Source of the DNA: Flavobacteriaceae bacterium
GTDB taxonomy: Bacteria; Bacteroidota; Bacteroidia; Flavobacteriales; Weeksellaceae
Assembly: GCA_018260565.1 (NCBI GenBank)
Contig: JAGLAZ010000007.1
Span: 17,763 to 81,762, forward strand
DNA: 64,000 bases
Direction: 5' to 3'
Part shown: one piece after another, positions 7,645 through 15,596 of the stretch
Position numbering within the stretch: position 1 is the first letter of the stretch
Layout: each line of letters opens with the position of its first letter
Notes under the pieces: generated by a model
Told to the model about the DNA's origin: nothing
The model's database searches: none
What the model saw: only the letters and a program-made list of their open reading frames with translations
Translations under genes and position numbers: made by a program

Positions 7645-8382
7645 TTATTTCCAATGTTTTTTATAATTTGCTACTTTTAAAGCTTGTGGCAAAGTAAGAA
7701 CCATATATTTCTCTCTATATAAATTCTTGGCATTCTCTTCAAATGTTTCCGAAAAGCCTGCTTTAATTCGCCATTGATTTACTTTTTTTTGATTTTTAAG
7801 TGGCCAAATGAATTCTATCCATTCCTCCTTCTCTGTATTTTCATTAAACCAATAACCTCCATACCCTTGGGTTCCGTATATCTGAGGTTTCTTTTCATTC
7901 ATTAGGTGCCTGTCTAGCATCGTGGCATAATAAGTAAATGCTAATTCTGAATTATCTACAGCTTTTTTTATTAAAGAGATATATCGTGAAATCATGTCCT
8001 TTCCCGCATGCTGAATTACATACCAAGCCGCCTTATTCGTGGGTTCTCCAACTAATGATTTTCCTGGATATCCGTACTGATTTATAATTCGGTTGATTGC
8101 AGCAAGATTTTTATTATCCAGATCATCTACAAATTTCCAATCTTTACTTTGCTCTTCCGTAATCTTTAATTCCTTTAAAAGTTGTTTTTTCCTTTCAGGT
8201 TTAATTTGTGATTGAAATAATTCTCGAGAAGATTGATCAAGCCACATTATTTGATCTAATTCTTTTTTAAGCTCCTCGTTTATGTTAGTTTTTTGAGCAA
8301 AGGTGGTGAAACCTAATAGGGTTACAGCTACTAAAGGCAATTTGTGTAGGAAACTCTTTTGATTAAAGAATTTGGTTTTCAT
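7645..8382 (-). CDS. hypothetical secreted protein
   Basis: The track ORF is 7645..8466. The internal start MKTKFFNQKSFLHKLPLVAVTLLGFTTFAQ (nt 8382) gives a proper signal peptide. I recognise no catalytic motif. Confidence 0.6.
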   Translation of the reverse strand: MKTKFFNQKSFLHKLPLVAVTLLGFTTFAQKTNINEELKKELDQIMWLDQSSRELFQSQIKPERKKQLLKELKITEEQSKDWKFVDDLDNKNLAAINRIINQYGYPGKSLVGEPTNKAAWYVIQHAGKDMISRYISLIKKAVDNSELAFTYYATMLDRHLMNEKKPQIYGTQGYGGYWFNENTEKEEWIEFIWPLKNQKKVNQWRIKAGFSETFEENAKNLYREKYMVLTLPQALKVANYKKHWK

Positions 8383-8467
8383 TTTTGGAATTATTTCGAT
8401 AAAATAGGTGCGCAGAGATAATGACAATCTACCAAAATAGATATTTTTGGAAATTTGATATAGCATG

Positions 8468-8570
8468 TAGCGCCCCGACTTGAGCGGAAATCCTTTTTGA
8501 AAAAATGCAAAGGCTTAGGCTTGGCTTTTTCAAAAAGATTGGGAGCGGAAGGCGGAAAAGGCGCCCAAAT
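8468..8570. repeat. GC-rich intergenic element with 12-bp inverted repeat
   Basis: Locally GC-rich stretch (gtagcgccccgacttgagcgg ... gggagcggaaggcggaaaaggcgccc) in AT-rich DNA. ctttttgaaaaa (8493-8504) pairs perfectly with tttttcaaaaag (8526-8537). Confidence 0.5.
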
Positions 8571-8589
8571 ATTAGCCATCTTGAGTTTA

Positions 8590-9711
8590 TTAGAGTTTCT
8601 TTTTCTTATTATTTTCATAATCCTGAAATATCATCTCACCAAGACCACCCAGACCCGTATAGTAGGCTTTCCCTTGATTACTCTGAGTAAATTTATCCAC
8701 GAATTCTTGCAAATAAGGGTCTTCTGTAACCATAAATGTGGTAATAGATATTCCTGATTTTCTGGCTTGGGCAGCGATATTATAGCATTTTGTGGTAATA
8801 AAATCATCTAGGCCGACGGAGTTTTTATAGTAAAAACCATCCGGCATGCGGACGCAACTTGGTTTGCCGTCTGTAATCATAAAAATCTGTTTATTGGCAT
8901 TCTTTTTTTTGCGCAAAATATCCATGGCGAGTTGTACGCCTGCGACGGTATTGGTATGAAAGGGGCCAACTTGTAAATAGGGCAAATCCTTGATTTCTAT
9001 AGGCCAAGCGTCATTTCCAAAGACTATTATATCCAGGCTATCTTTAGGATATCTCGTTAAAATAAGTTCAGAAAGTGCCATGGCTACTTTCTTCGCAGGT
9101 GTTATCCTATCCTCCCCATAAAGTATCATGCTGTGGCTGATGTCTATCATAAGGACTGTACTCATCTGCGTTTTAAACTGATTATCCTCTACAATAAGAT
9201 CGTTTTCTTCTAGTTTAAATTCTCCTATTCCATGATTGATCTGTGCATTTTTTAAACTTTCCGTCATTACAATGTTTTCAGGAATATCTCCGTATTGATA
9301 ATTACGAATGTCACCAGTTTTTTCATCGCTATTACCGGATTTTCTTGTTTTATGATTGCCATTGCTTGCTTTTCTCATCTTCCCAAAAATCTGATTTAAA
9401 GCTCGCTGGCGGATAGCCTGCTCCATTTTCGAGGTGAGTTCTACTTTGCCATCACCTTTGCCCGGTCCTGTGCGCTCCTGAATGTAACCTTTGTTTTTAA
9501 GGTCTTCAATAAAATCATCCATGGTATACTCTGGTGTAGTAAGCTCATATTCCGCATCCAGCTCGCGAAGCCACTCGATGGCTTCATCAAAATCACCAGA
9601 AGTGTAGGTTATAAGTTCCTGAAAAATCTCAAAGAGTTTTTCGAAGGTCGTTTGGAAAGGTGGTTCGTAATTTTTGAAGCGCAAACCGCCGGAATAATTT
9701 AGAGACTTCAT
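8590..9711 (-). CDS. von Willebrand factor A (VWA) domain protein, partner of the ChlI-type ATPase
   Basis: 373 aa. It has the MIDAS motif VLMIDISHSM (DxSxS) and a C-terminal VWA fold pattern (IFMITDGKPS). Confidence 0.75.
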   Translation of the reverse strand: MKSLNYSGGLRFKNYEPPFQTTFEKLFEIFQELITYTSGDFDEAIEWLRELDAEYELTTPEYTMDDFIEDLKNKGYIQERTGPGKGDGKVELTSKMEQAIRQRALNQIFGKMRKASNGNHKTRKSGNSDEKTGDIRNYQYGDIPENIVMTESLKNAQINHGIGEFKLEENDLIVEDNQFKTQMSTVLMIDISHSMILYGEDRITPAKKVAMALSELILTRYPKDSLDIIVFGNDAWPIEIKDLPYLQVGPFHTNTVAGVQLAMDILRKKKNANKQIFMITDGKPSCVRMPDGFYYKNSVGLDDFITTKCYNIAAQARKSGISITTFMVTEDPYLQEFVDKFTQSNQGKAYYTGLGGLGEMIFQDYENNKKKKL

Positions 9712-9944
9712 AGTCTAAAATTACGGAAACTATGCTTAGGATTAACGACTTTTAACTATACTTTAACTATTAAAACCTATCAATTTTATTTGTTTTTACG
9801 AAAGTCACTTTTCATCTTATATTAATGAAAATTTTTAATTCTATATAATATTTGTTCATAGGATGATAAGATTTAGTGCACAATAAGCATATACTTAATG
9901 AAGTACTAAATTGGTAGTAGAAAATACAACGTACAATACCTTCC

Positions 9945-10568
9945 TTATTCTCGTATTACTTTTATTCTTCCATCATTCCAAATTCTGATGATGGATGATG
10001 CTTTTCCACTCAGGTATTCTTCAGAAAATGACGCAAAATCTGTTGGATTCACTATAGTCTCTACTTTTTCTTTAATTTTTTCAGATATAGTATGAAAAGC
10101 TAAAGGAGTTTTTTCTCCACTCATATTGGCAGAAGTACTCACCAATGGTCTATTACTCAATTTAATTATATGATGAACTAAACCTGATTTTACCAAACGA
10201 ATGCCGATGCTTCCAACTTTTCCCACTACATTTTTTGCTAGTCCCTTAGGAGCATCATATATTAATGTTAATGGATTTTCTGCTACATCCAGTAATTGCC
10301 ACGCCATTTCTGGTACATCTACTAAGTCTTGCAGCATTTTTTCCGAATGAACCAATACTATCATTGGCTTGTCCGCATCTCGTTTTTTAATTTGATAAAT
10401 TTTTTCAACAGATGCCTCGTTGGTAGCATCACATCCTATTCCCCAGATGCTATCGGCGGGATAAAGAATTGTTTTTCCGGCTTTAATATCTTGAACAATA
10501 AGGCTAAGAAGATTTTTTTCATCTTCTTGTAATTGCTTAAATCCTGGTTCCAACCTTTCCTTTTTCAT
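9945..10568 (-). CDS. tsaC: L-threonylcarbamoyladenylate synthase (YrdC/TsaC family)
   Basis: 207 aa. It carries the YrdC-domain motifs YPADSIWGIGCDATNEASVEKIYQIKKRDADKPMIVLV and STSANMSGE. Confidence 0.8.
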   Translation of the reverse strand: MKKERLEPGFKQLQEDEKNLLSLIVQDIKAGKTILYPADSIWGIGCDATNEASVEKIYQIKKRDADKPMIVLVHSEKMLQDLVDVPEMAWQLLDVAENPLTLIYDAPKGLAKNVVGKVGSIGIRLVKSGLVHHIIKLSNRPLVSTSANMSGEKTPLAFHTISEKIKEKVETIVNPTDFASFSEEYLSGKASSIIRIWNDGRIKVIRE

Positions 10569-11707
10569 TACGATAAGGCTTGATCTAAATCTTGAATTAA
10601 ATCTTCAACATCTTCTATACCGATGCTTAAGCGAACCAAATCTGCATGGATGCCTGCTGCTTCCCGAACATCCTTTGGAATACTTGCATGGGTCATGCTT
10701 GTTGGATGATTTGCTAAAGACTCTACTCCACCCAATGATTCTGCTAAGCAAAAAACTTGTAGTTTTTTAAGAAAAGAAATTGCATGATCTGCATTTTTGG
10801 AAGCAAAATCAAAGGCTATCATGCCTCCAGCTCTTTTCATCTGTGATTTTGTTACATTATAACTTTGATTCGATGGATTTCCTGGAAAATAAATAGTACC
10901 AATTTTAGGATGATTTTTTAAATACTGGAAAATTTCATCTGCATTATCGCAATGTCTATCCATACGGACACCCAAAGTTTTTATTCCCCGTAGAACTAAA
11001 TAAGAATCATGTGGCCCGAGTATACCACCACTTGCAAATTGTTGGAAATGAAGTTCCTCTCCTATTTTGTCATCTTTAGCTATGAGTGCACCAGCAATAA
11101 GATCAGAGTGACCACCCAAATATTTAGTTGCAGAGTGCATCACAATGTCTGCTCCCAACGAAAGTGGCTGCTGTAAATAAGGGCTTGCGAAAGTGTTGTC
11201 TACTACACAAAGTAAGGAATGCGCGTTAGAAATTTCTGCAACCTTTTGAATATCAATAATTTTCATTAAAGGATTTCCTGGCGTTTCTACCCAAATCATC
11301 TTAGTTTTACTATTAATTAATGGAAGAATATCATCAGGATTGCCCATATCCACAAAATGAAATTGTATTTGATACCTAGAATATATTCGTGTAAACATCC
11401 TATAGCTACCACCATATAAATCATCCGTAACTATTACTTCATCACCTGGAGAAAGCAGTTTCATTACGGCATCTATTGCTGCTAAACCGCTGGAAAATGC
11501 CAATCCGCGTGCGCCACCTTCTATACTGGCAAGTGAATTTTCTAAGGCTGTTCGGGTAGGATTTGCTGCCCGAGAATATTCATAACCTTGATGTTCTCCA
11601 GGAGCAGATTGTGCGTAAGTGGAAGTAAGATATACAGGTACATTTACCGCACCAGTGGAGGGATCATATTGCTGACCGCCGTGAATAAGTTTAGTATTAA
11701 TTTTCAT
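10568..11707 (-). CDS. Cys/Met-metabolism PLP enzyme (cystathionine gamma-synthase/gamma-lyase/beta-lyase family)
   Basis: 379 aa. PLP-lysine motif HSATKYLGGHSD and N-terminal YSRAANPTR. The exact reaction cannot be assigned from sequence alone. Confidence 0.8.
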   Translation of the reverse strand: MKINTKLIHGGQQYDPSTGAVNVPVYLTSTYAQSAPGEHQGYEYSRAANPTRTALENSLASIEGGARGLAFSSGLAAIDAVMKLLSPGDEVIVTDDLYGGSYRMFTRIYSRYQIQFHFVDMGNPDDILPLINSKTKMIWVETPGNPLMKIIDIQKVAEISNAHSLLCVVDNTFASPYLQQPLSLGADIVMHSATKYLGGHSDLIAGALIAKDDKIGEELHFQQFASGGILGPHDSYLVLRGIKTLGVRMDRHCDNADEIFQYLKNHPKIGTIYFPGNPSNQSYNVTKSQMKRAGGMIAFDFASKNADHAISFLKKLQVFCLAESLGGVESLANHPTSMTHASIPKDVREAAGIHADLVRLSIGIEDVEDLIQDLDQALS

Positions 11708-11716
11708 TGATGCGTG

Positions 11717-12040
11717 CTATTTAATTTTAGATTTAAAGGCAAAATCTTCTGCAAAATCCTCCATCCAGTTTGCAATATCATCCTCCCCCGTTGCTCTGCG
11801 GTAAGTTTGGGAGAGGCTTACTAATGTCTGATGCAAAAATATCTTCATATCCTGTACTGGCATTTCTTTACCCCAAAGATCTATACGGAGTGCTTCCTGA
11901 TTTGCTTTGTCCCATACGGAAAGCATAAGGGCTTCTGTTTCGGCATTTTCTATTCCGCCATCTGGAGCATTCCAAATTATTTTATCTGGAATATTGTTTT
12001 CATCGAGACTAACTTGTATGTTTATTTCTGTGTCTTTCAT
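11717..12040 (-). CDS. gldC: gliding motility protein GldC
   Basis: 107 aa. The N-terminus SLDENNIPDKIIWNAPDGG and the small size match GldC, and it sits directly downstream of gldB as in Flavobacterium johnsoniae. Confidence 0.75.
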   Translation of the reverse strand: MKDTEINIQVSLDENNIPDKIIWNAPDGGIENAETEALMLSVWDKANQEALRIDLWGKEMPVQDMKIFLHQTLVSLSQTYRRATGEDDIANWMEDFAEDFAFKSKIK

Positions 12041-12045
12041 TATCT

Positions 12046-13047
12046 TTATTTAGGGTCGTTGGGATTGTATTTAGCTTGTTGAAAAATTATTTCCGGGTCT
12101 GTATTAAAGAGTGTCTTCAGGCTGATATCTGGATTAATTTTTAGATATTCTTCGCATATTTTAGCACCAATATAAGAACCTACCTGTGGTGGAGTTTCTG
12201 TATCATTTGCTGAGAAAAATTTCGAAAAAGGAGCATCAGCAAGAAATCGTTCTCCTAAGCGGGTATCATTACTGTATATGTAATTTTGTTCTACAAAGTA
12301 AGTATAAGTACCAGCCTCATTTTCTTTCATCCATTGGGATTGTTCTGGTGTGTATCCTAATAACTGCGTAAAATCTTTTTGCGGAAGTAGAAATTTCATT
12401 CCGATTATTATTTTTCCCTCTTGAATTACATTATGGATGAATTTAGCATTAGGTTTTTCCTCCATTTCTCCTTGCACTAAAGCTCTGGCGAATTTGATTG
12501 GAAAATAAGCTAAATCCAGTTTTCTTTTTTGAAATTGAGGAACGCTGCGGTATTCCTGCGCAGTACCACCTAAAAACTGACTAGCATCAATAAATATTTG
12601 CGTGCCTGACTGATTTTTTTTGAGAATTATTGCTTTTCCAAACAAATCTAATCCTGAACTATAAAGATAAATTTTTGGGATCTCTTTGGCTTCAAAAAAA
12701 TGAACATATCTTGGAATAATTTCATCAATATATTTTTTAATATCTGGGCGTGCTGTTACTGTTCTAGTTTTATTATAAATAGCAAGCTGTAAACTATCAG
12801 TTCTATTACTTACGAATGTAGAATCATCTAAACTTCCTTGAAAAAAGGGGAATTTTTCTTTAAAATTTGTTGTAGAAATGGTGGGATTAAAATAAAATTC
12901 ACTTATATTTTCAAGTTCTATTTTTTTAGTTATAGGTTTTACCTGTTCATTATAACGGGATGACAACTCTTTCTTACAAGATATAGGTGCAATATTTAAA
13001 ATACAAACACCTATCATTCCCACGATATATTTTTTACATACCTTCAT
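12046..13047 (-). CDS. gldB: gliding motility lipoprotein GldB
   Basis: 333 aa with a lipoprotein signal (..ILNIAPISC). The gldB-gldC order and size agree with established F. johnsoniae gene organisation. Confidence 0.7.
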   Translation of the reverse strand: MKVCKKYIVGMIGVCILNIAPISCKKELSSRYNEQVKPITKKIELENISEFYFNPTISTTNFKEKFPFFQGSLDDSTFVSNRTDSLQLAIYNKTRTVTARPDIKKYIDEIIPRYVHFFEAKEIPKIYLYSSGLDLFGKAIILKKNQSGTQIFIDASQFLGGTAQEYRSVPQFQKRKLDLAYFPIKFARALVQGEMEEKPNAKFIHNVIQEGKIIIGMKFLLPQKDFTQLLGYTPEQSQWMKENEAGTYTYFVEQNYIYSNDTRLGERFLADAPFSKFFSANDTETPPQVGSYIGAKICEEYLKINPDISLKTLFNTDPEIIFQQAKYNPNDPK

Positions 13048-13097
13048 TTTACAAATATAGTAATACTCGTATCTTGCAAACGAGCAAATAATTACAA

Positions 13098-13886
13098 ATG
13101 CAACATCAAAAAATCATAGATTATATTGTTTCTTGGCTTCAAGACTACGCTGAAAAAGCAGGAATAAAAGGATATGTGATAGGAATTTCCGGAGGTGTAG
13201 ATTCTGGAGTAGTATCTACCCTTTGTGCAAAAACCGGCTTAGATATACTTCTTTTGGAACTTCCTATTCGCCAAAAAGAAGATCAAAGCAGCCGAGCAAA
13301 AAAACACATGCAATTTTTAGAAGAGCGCTATTCTAATGTTCGCAGTACAAGCATAGATTTAACAAAGACCTTCAACACATTAGAAGAAACTTTTCAGGAT
13401 GGAATAGAGCAAGGAAATGAAAATCTAGCCTATGCCAATATGCGCAGTAGACTAAGAATGCTGACACTGTATTATTATGCGCAAATAAATCATCTTTTAG
13501 TTTGTGGAACAGGGAATAAGGTGGAAGATTTTGGAATAGGTTTTTACACAAAATACGGAGATGGTGGTGTAGATATTTCCCCTATTGCGGACTTATATAA
13601 AACTGAAATTTTCTCTTTAGCTAAATATTTGGATCTTCTCCCAGAAATTGCAGGTGCAATACCTACTGACGGACTCTGGGATGCGGAACGAACTGATGAA
13701 ATGCAAATAGGAGCTACTTATCCTGAATTAGAAAAAATTCAAAAAGAATGGGGAATTATTCCTGAAGAAGCCTACACAGGGCGAGATGCTGAGGTTTATG
13801 CAATTTTTAAAAGAATGAATAAAGCAGCACAACATAAGATAAATCCTATACCCGTGTGTGATATTCCAGAAAATTGGAGACAGTGA
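13098..13886 (+). CDS. nadE: ammonia-dependent NAD+ synthetase
   Basis: 262 aa. PP-loop GISGGVDSGV, plus GTGNKVEDFGIGFYTKYGDGG. Confidence 0.9.
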   Translation: MQHQKIIDYIVSWLQDYAEKAGIKGYVIGISGGVDSGVVSTLCAKTGLDILLLELPIRQKEDQSSRAKKHMQFLEERYSNVRSTSIDLTKTFNTLEETFQDGIEQGNENLAYANMRSRLRMLTLYYYAQINHLLVCGTGNKVEDFGIGFYTKYGDGGVDISPIADLYKTEIFSLAKYLDLLPEIAGAIPTDGLWDAERTDEMQIGATYPELEKIQKEWGIIPEEAYTGRDAEVYAIFKRMNKAAQHKINPIPVCDIPENWRQ

Positions 13887-14341
13887 GAACCATAAATAAA
13901 TACTGGTTGTGGTTTTTTGGTATTTTTTCAGCTATTTTCCTCTTTATCCAATGCAATCCTAACAAACCTGAATATCTTCCCACAAAGTATACCTATCAAA
14001 AACAGGAAGTAGTACGTAACAAAAAATTAGGAGATACTAGGGAGGTAGCAGCTTTTATTCATATCAATAAAAAATTGCCTTCCTATTATATTACAAAAAG
14101 TAAGGCTAAAAGTATGGGATGGATACCTTCCAAACAAAATCTTTGCGAGGTAGCCCCGGGAAAACTCATTGGTGGCGATAGGTTTTTAAATAAGGAAAAA
14201 AAACTAAAACCTGGAACATATTATGAATGTGATGTGGAATTTCAATGTCCTAAAAGAGGCTCTTCAAGATTAATTTTTAACAAATTTGGAGAAGTCTGGA
14301 GTACAGAAAACCATTACAAAACTTTCAACAAATTATATTGA
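13874..14341 (+). CDS. barnase-family ribonuclease with N-terminal lipoprotein-type signal/anchor
   Basis: 155 aa. The C-terminal ~110 aa align by eye to B. amyloliquefaciens barnase: YITKSKAKSMGWIPSKQNLCEVAPGKLIGGDRF, YYECDV (Glu73 equivalent), RGSSRLIF (Arg83/87) and TENHYKTF (His102). The N-terminus is WLWFFGIFSAIFLFIQC. The start overlaps the nadE end by 13 nt. Confidence 0.85.
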   Translation: METVRTINKYWLWFFGIFSAIFLFIQCNPNKPEYLPTKYTYQKQEVVRNKKLGDTREVAAFIHINKKLPSYYITKSKAKSMGWIPSKQNLCEVAPGKLIGGDRFLNKEKKLKPGTYYECDVEFQCPKRGSSRLIFNKFGEVWSTENHYKTFNKLY

Positions 14342-14343
14342 GC

Positions 14344-14655
14344 ATGGAACCAAGAAGAATTACGATAGATTTTTACGACATCATAGATATTGATGATTTT
14401 TATATGAAACTCGGGGAACAGCTGGAACTCCCGGAATATTTTGGAAAAAATTTAGATGCCTTATATGACTATTTGACTGGCGAGGCAGAACTCCCTTTGC
14501 ATTTGGAACTTACGAATCTATCACTTCCTCAACTAGAGGAATTTGAAGATTTAGAATCTACACTTGAGGATGTAGAAGATGCCACCAGTATAGAAAATGA
14601 ATCTAAAACTAACCAAAGATTTACTTACAGTATTCAAATGGAAAATCCGGAATAA
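14344..14655 (+). CDS. barstar-family ribonuclease inhibitor with acidic C-terminal extension
   Basis: LELPEYFGKNLDALYDYLTG matches the barstar inhibitory helix (ALPEYYGENLDALWDCLTG, Asp35/Asp39). The ATG at 14344 follows the barnase stop (14339-14341) by 2 nt. The track ORF starts at a TTG at 14338. Confidence 0.85.
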   Translation: MEPRRITIDFYDIIDIDDFYMKLGEQLELPEYFGKNLDALYDYLTGEAELPLHLELTNLSLPQLEEFEDLESTLEDVEDATSIENESKTNQRFTYSIQMENPE

Positions 14656-14666
14656 TCCGGATTTTT
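14643..14666. terminator. intrinsic terminator between convergent genes
   Basis: aaatccgg (14643-14650) pairs with ccggattt (14657-14664), followed by T residues. It overlaps the barstar stop codon. Confidence 0.65.
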
Positions 14667-14667
14667 A

Positions 14668-15591
14668 TTAATAAGGCAACTCATCATGTGGGGAACTCCA
14701 TTTTCTGTCCGGTAGCCATTCAGCGTGCTTACTCGGACGGATTCTAAGACCTTTTCTGTAGGTATATACTTTAGTAAAAACCACTCCGAAAAAGATGAGA
14801 ACACAGGTATAATTGATCCACATCATGATCAATATAACAGAACCGGCCGCCCCAAAAGTAGAGGTAGGTTTAAAGTTACTAAAATATGAACTTAGAGCAA
14901 ACTTACCTATTGTAAATAAAATAGTGGTAAGAAACGAACCTGCCCAAACTGATCTCCAAGAAATCTCTACATCCGGTAGAACTTTAAACATTAAAGCAAA
15001 AAGTATCATTACCACTACAAAGCCTACTACAAGATTTAAAGCCCGAACGAGGTAAAGAGTCTCCACGCCGAAATGATTGCTTATCCAATCATTGGCAAGT
15101 CCTATGAAGGTGGATAGAAGCATAGTTATCAATAATAAAAATCCAATAATAAGAATCATACCTAAGGAATTGGCACGATCTAAAATCAATTTACTAAATG
15201 CTTGTTTTGGTTTTGCTTTTACATCCCAGAGTTGATTTAAGGAGATTTGTAACTGAAAAAATAAAGTAGTTGCACCAAAAATAAGACCCCCTACCCCGAT
15301 GGCTTTCATCCAAAAATTATCCTTATCTACATAAGATTTTTGCAACATATCCTCAATACTTTTGGCTGAATCTTTTCCCACAGCACTACCTATTTCGGTA
15401 GAAATAAGCTCTTGAAGGTTAAAATCTTTAAATAACAAGCCTGCTACCCAAATTATAATAATTAAAAGCCCTGGAATAGAAAATATCGCGTAATAGGCTA
15501 ATGATGCGGAATCTCGCATAGCGTTACTGTCATTCCATTCCTTATATGTTTCTTTTAGAATGGAGAAATAATCTTTAATTTTATTTTTCAT
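14668..15591 (-). CDS. YihY/BrkB-family inner membrane protein
   Basis: 307 aa, polytopic. The N-terminus ...WNDSNAMRDSASLAYYAIFSIPGLL is typical of the YihY (ribonuclease BN-like) family. Confidence 0.75.
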   Translation of the reverse strand: MKNKIKDYFSILKETYKEWNDSNAMRDSASLAYYAIFSIPGLLIIIIWVAGLLFKDFNLQELISTEIGSAVGKDSAKSIEDMLQKSYVDKDNFWMKAIGVGGLIFGATTLFFQLQISLNQLWDVKAKPKQAFSKLILDRANSLGMILIIGFLLLITMLLSTFIGLANDWISNHFGVETLYLVRALNLVVGFVVVMILFALMFKVLPDVEISWRSVWAGSFLTTILFTIGKFALSSYFSNFKPTSTFGAAGSVILIMMWINYTCVLIFFGVVFTKVYTYRKGLRIRPSKHAEWLPDRKWSSPHDELPY

Positions 15592-15596
15592 ACGTT

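Noticed and set aside
8391-8757. ORFs 8391..8618 (minus), 8497..8757 (plus) and 8505..8690 (plus)
   Set aside because: They span the GC-rich palindromic element and the 3' end of the VWA gene. The Arg/Gly/Ala/Pro-rich translations are artefacts of the element's composition.
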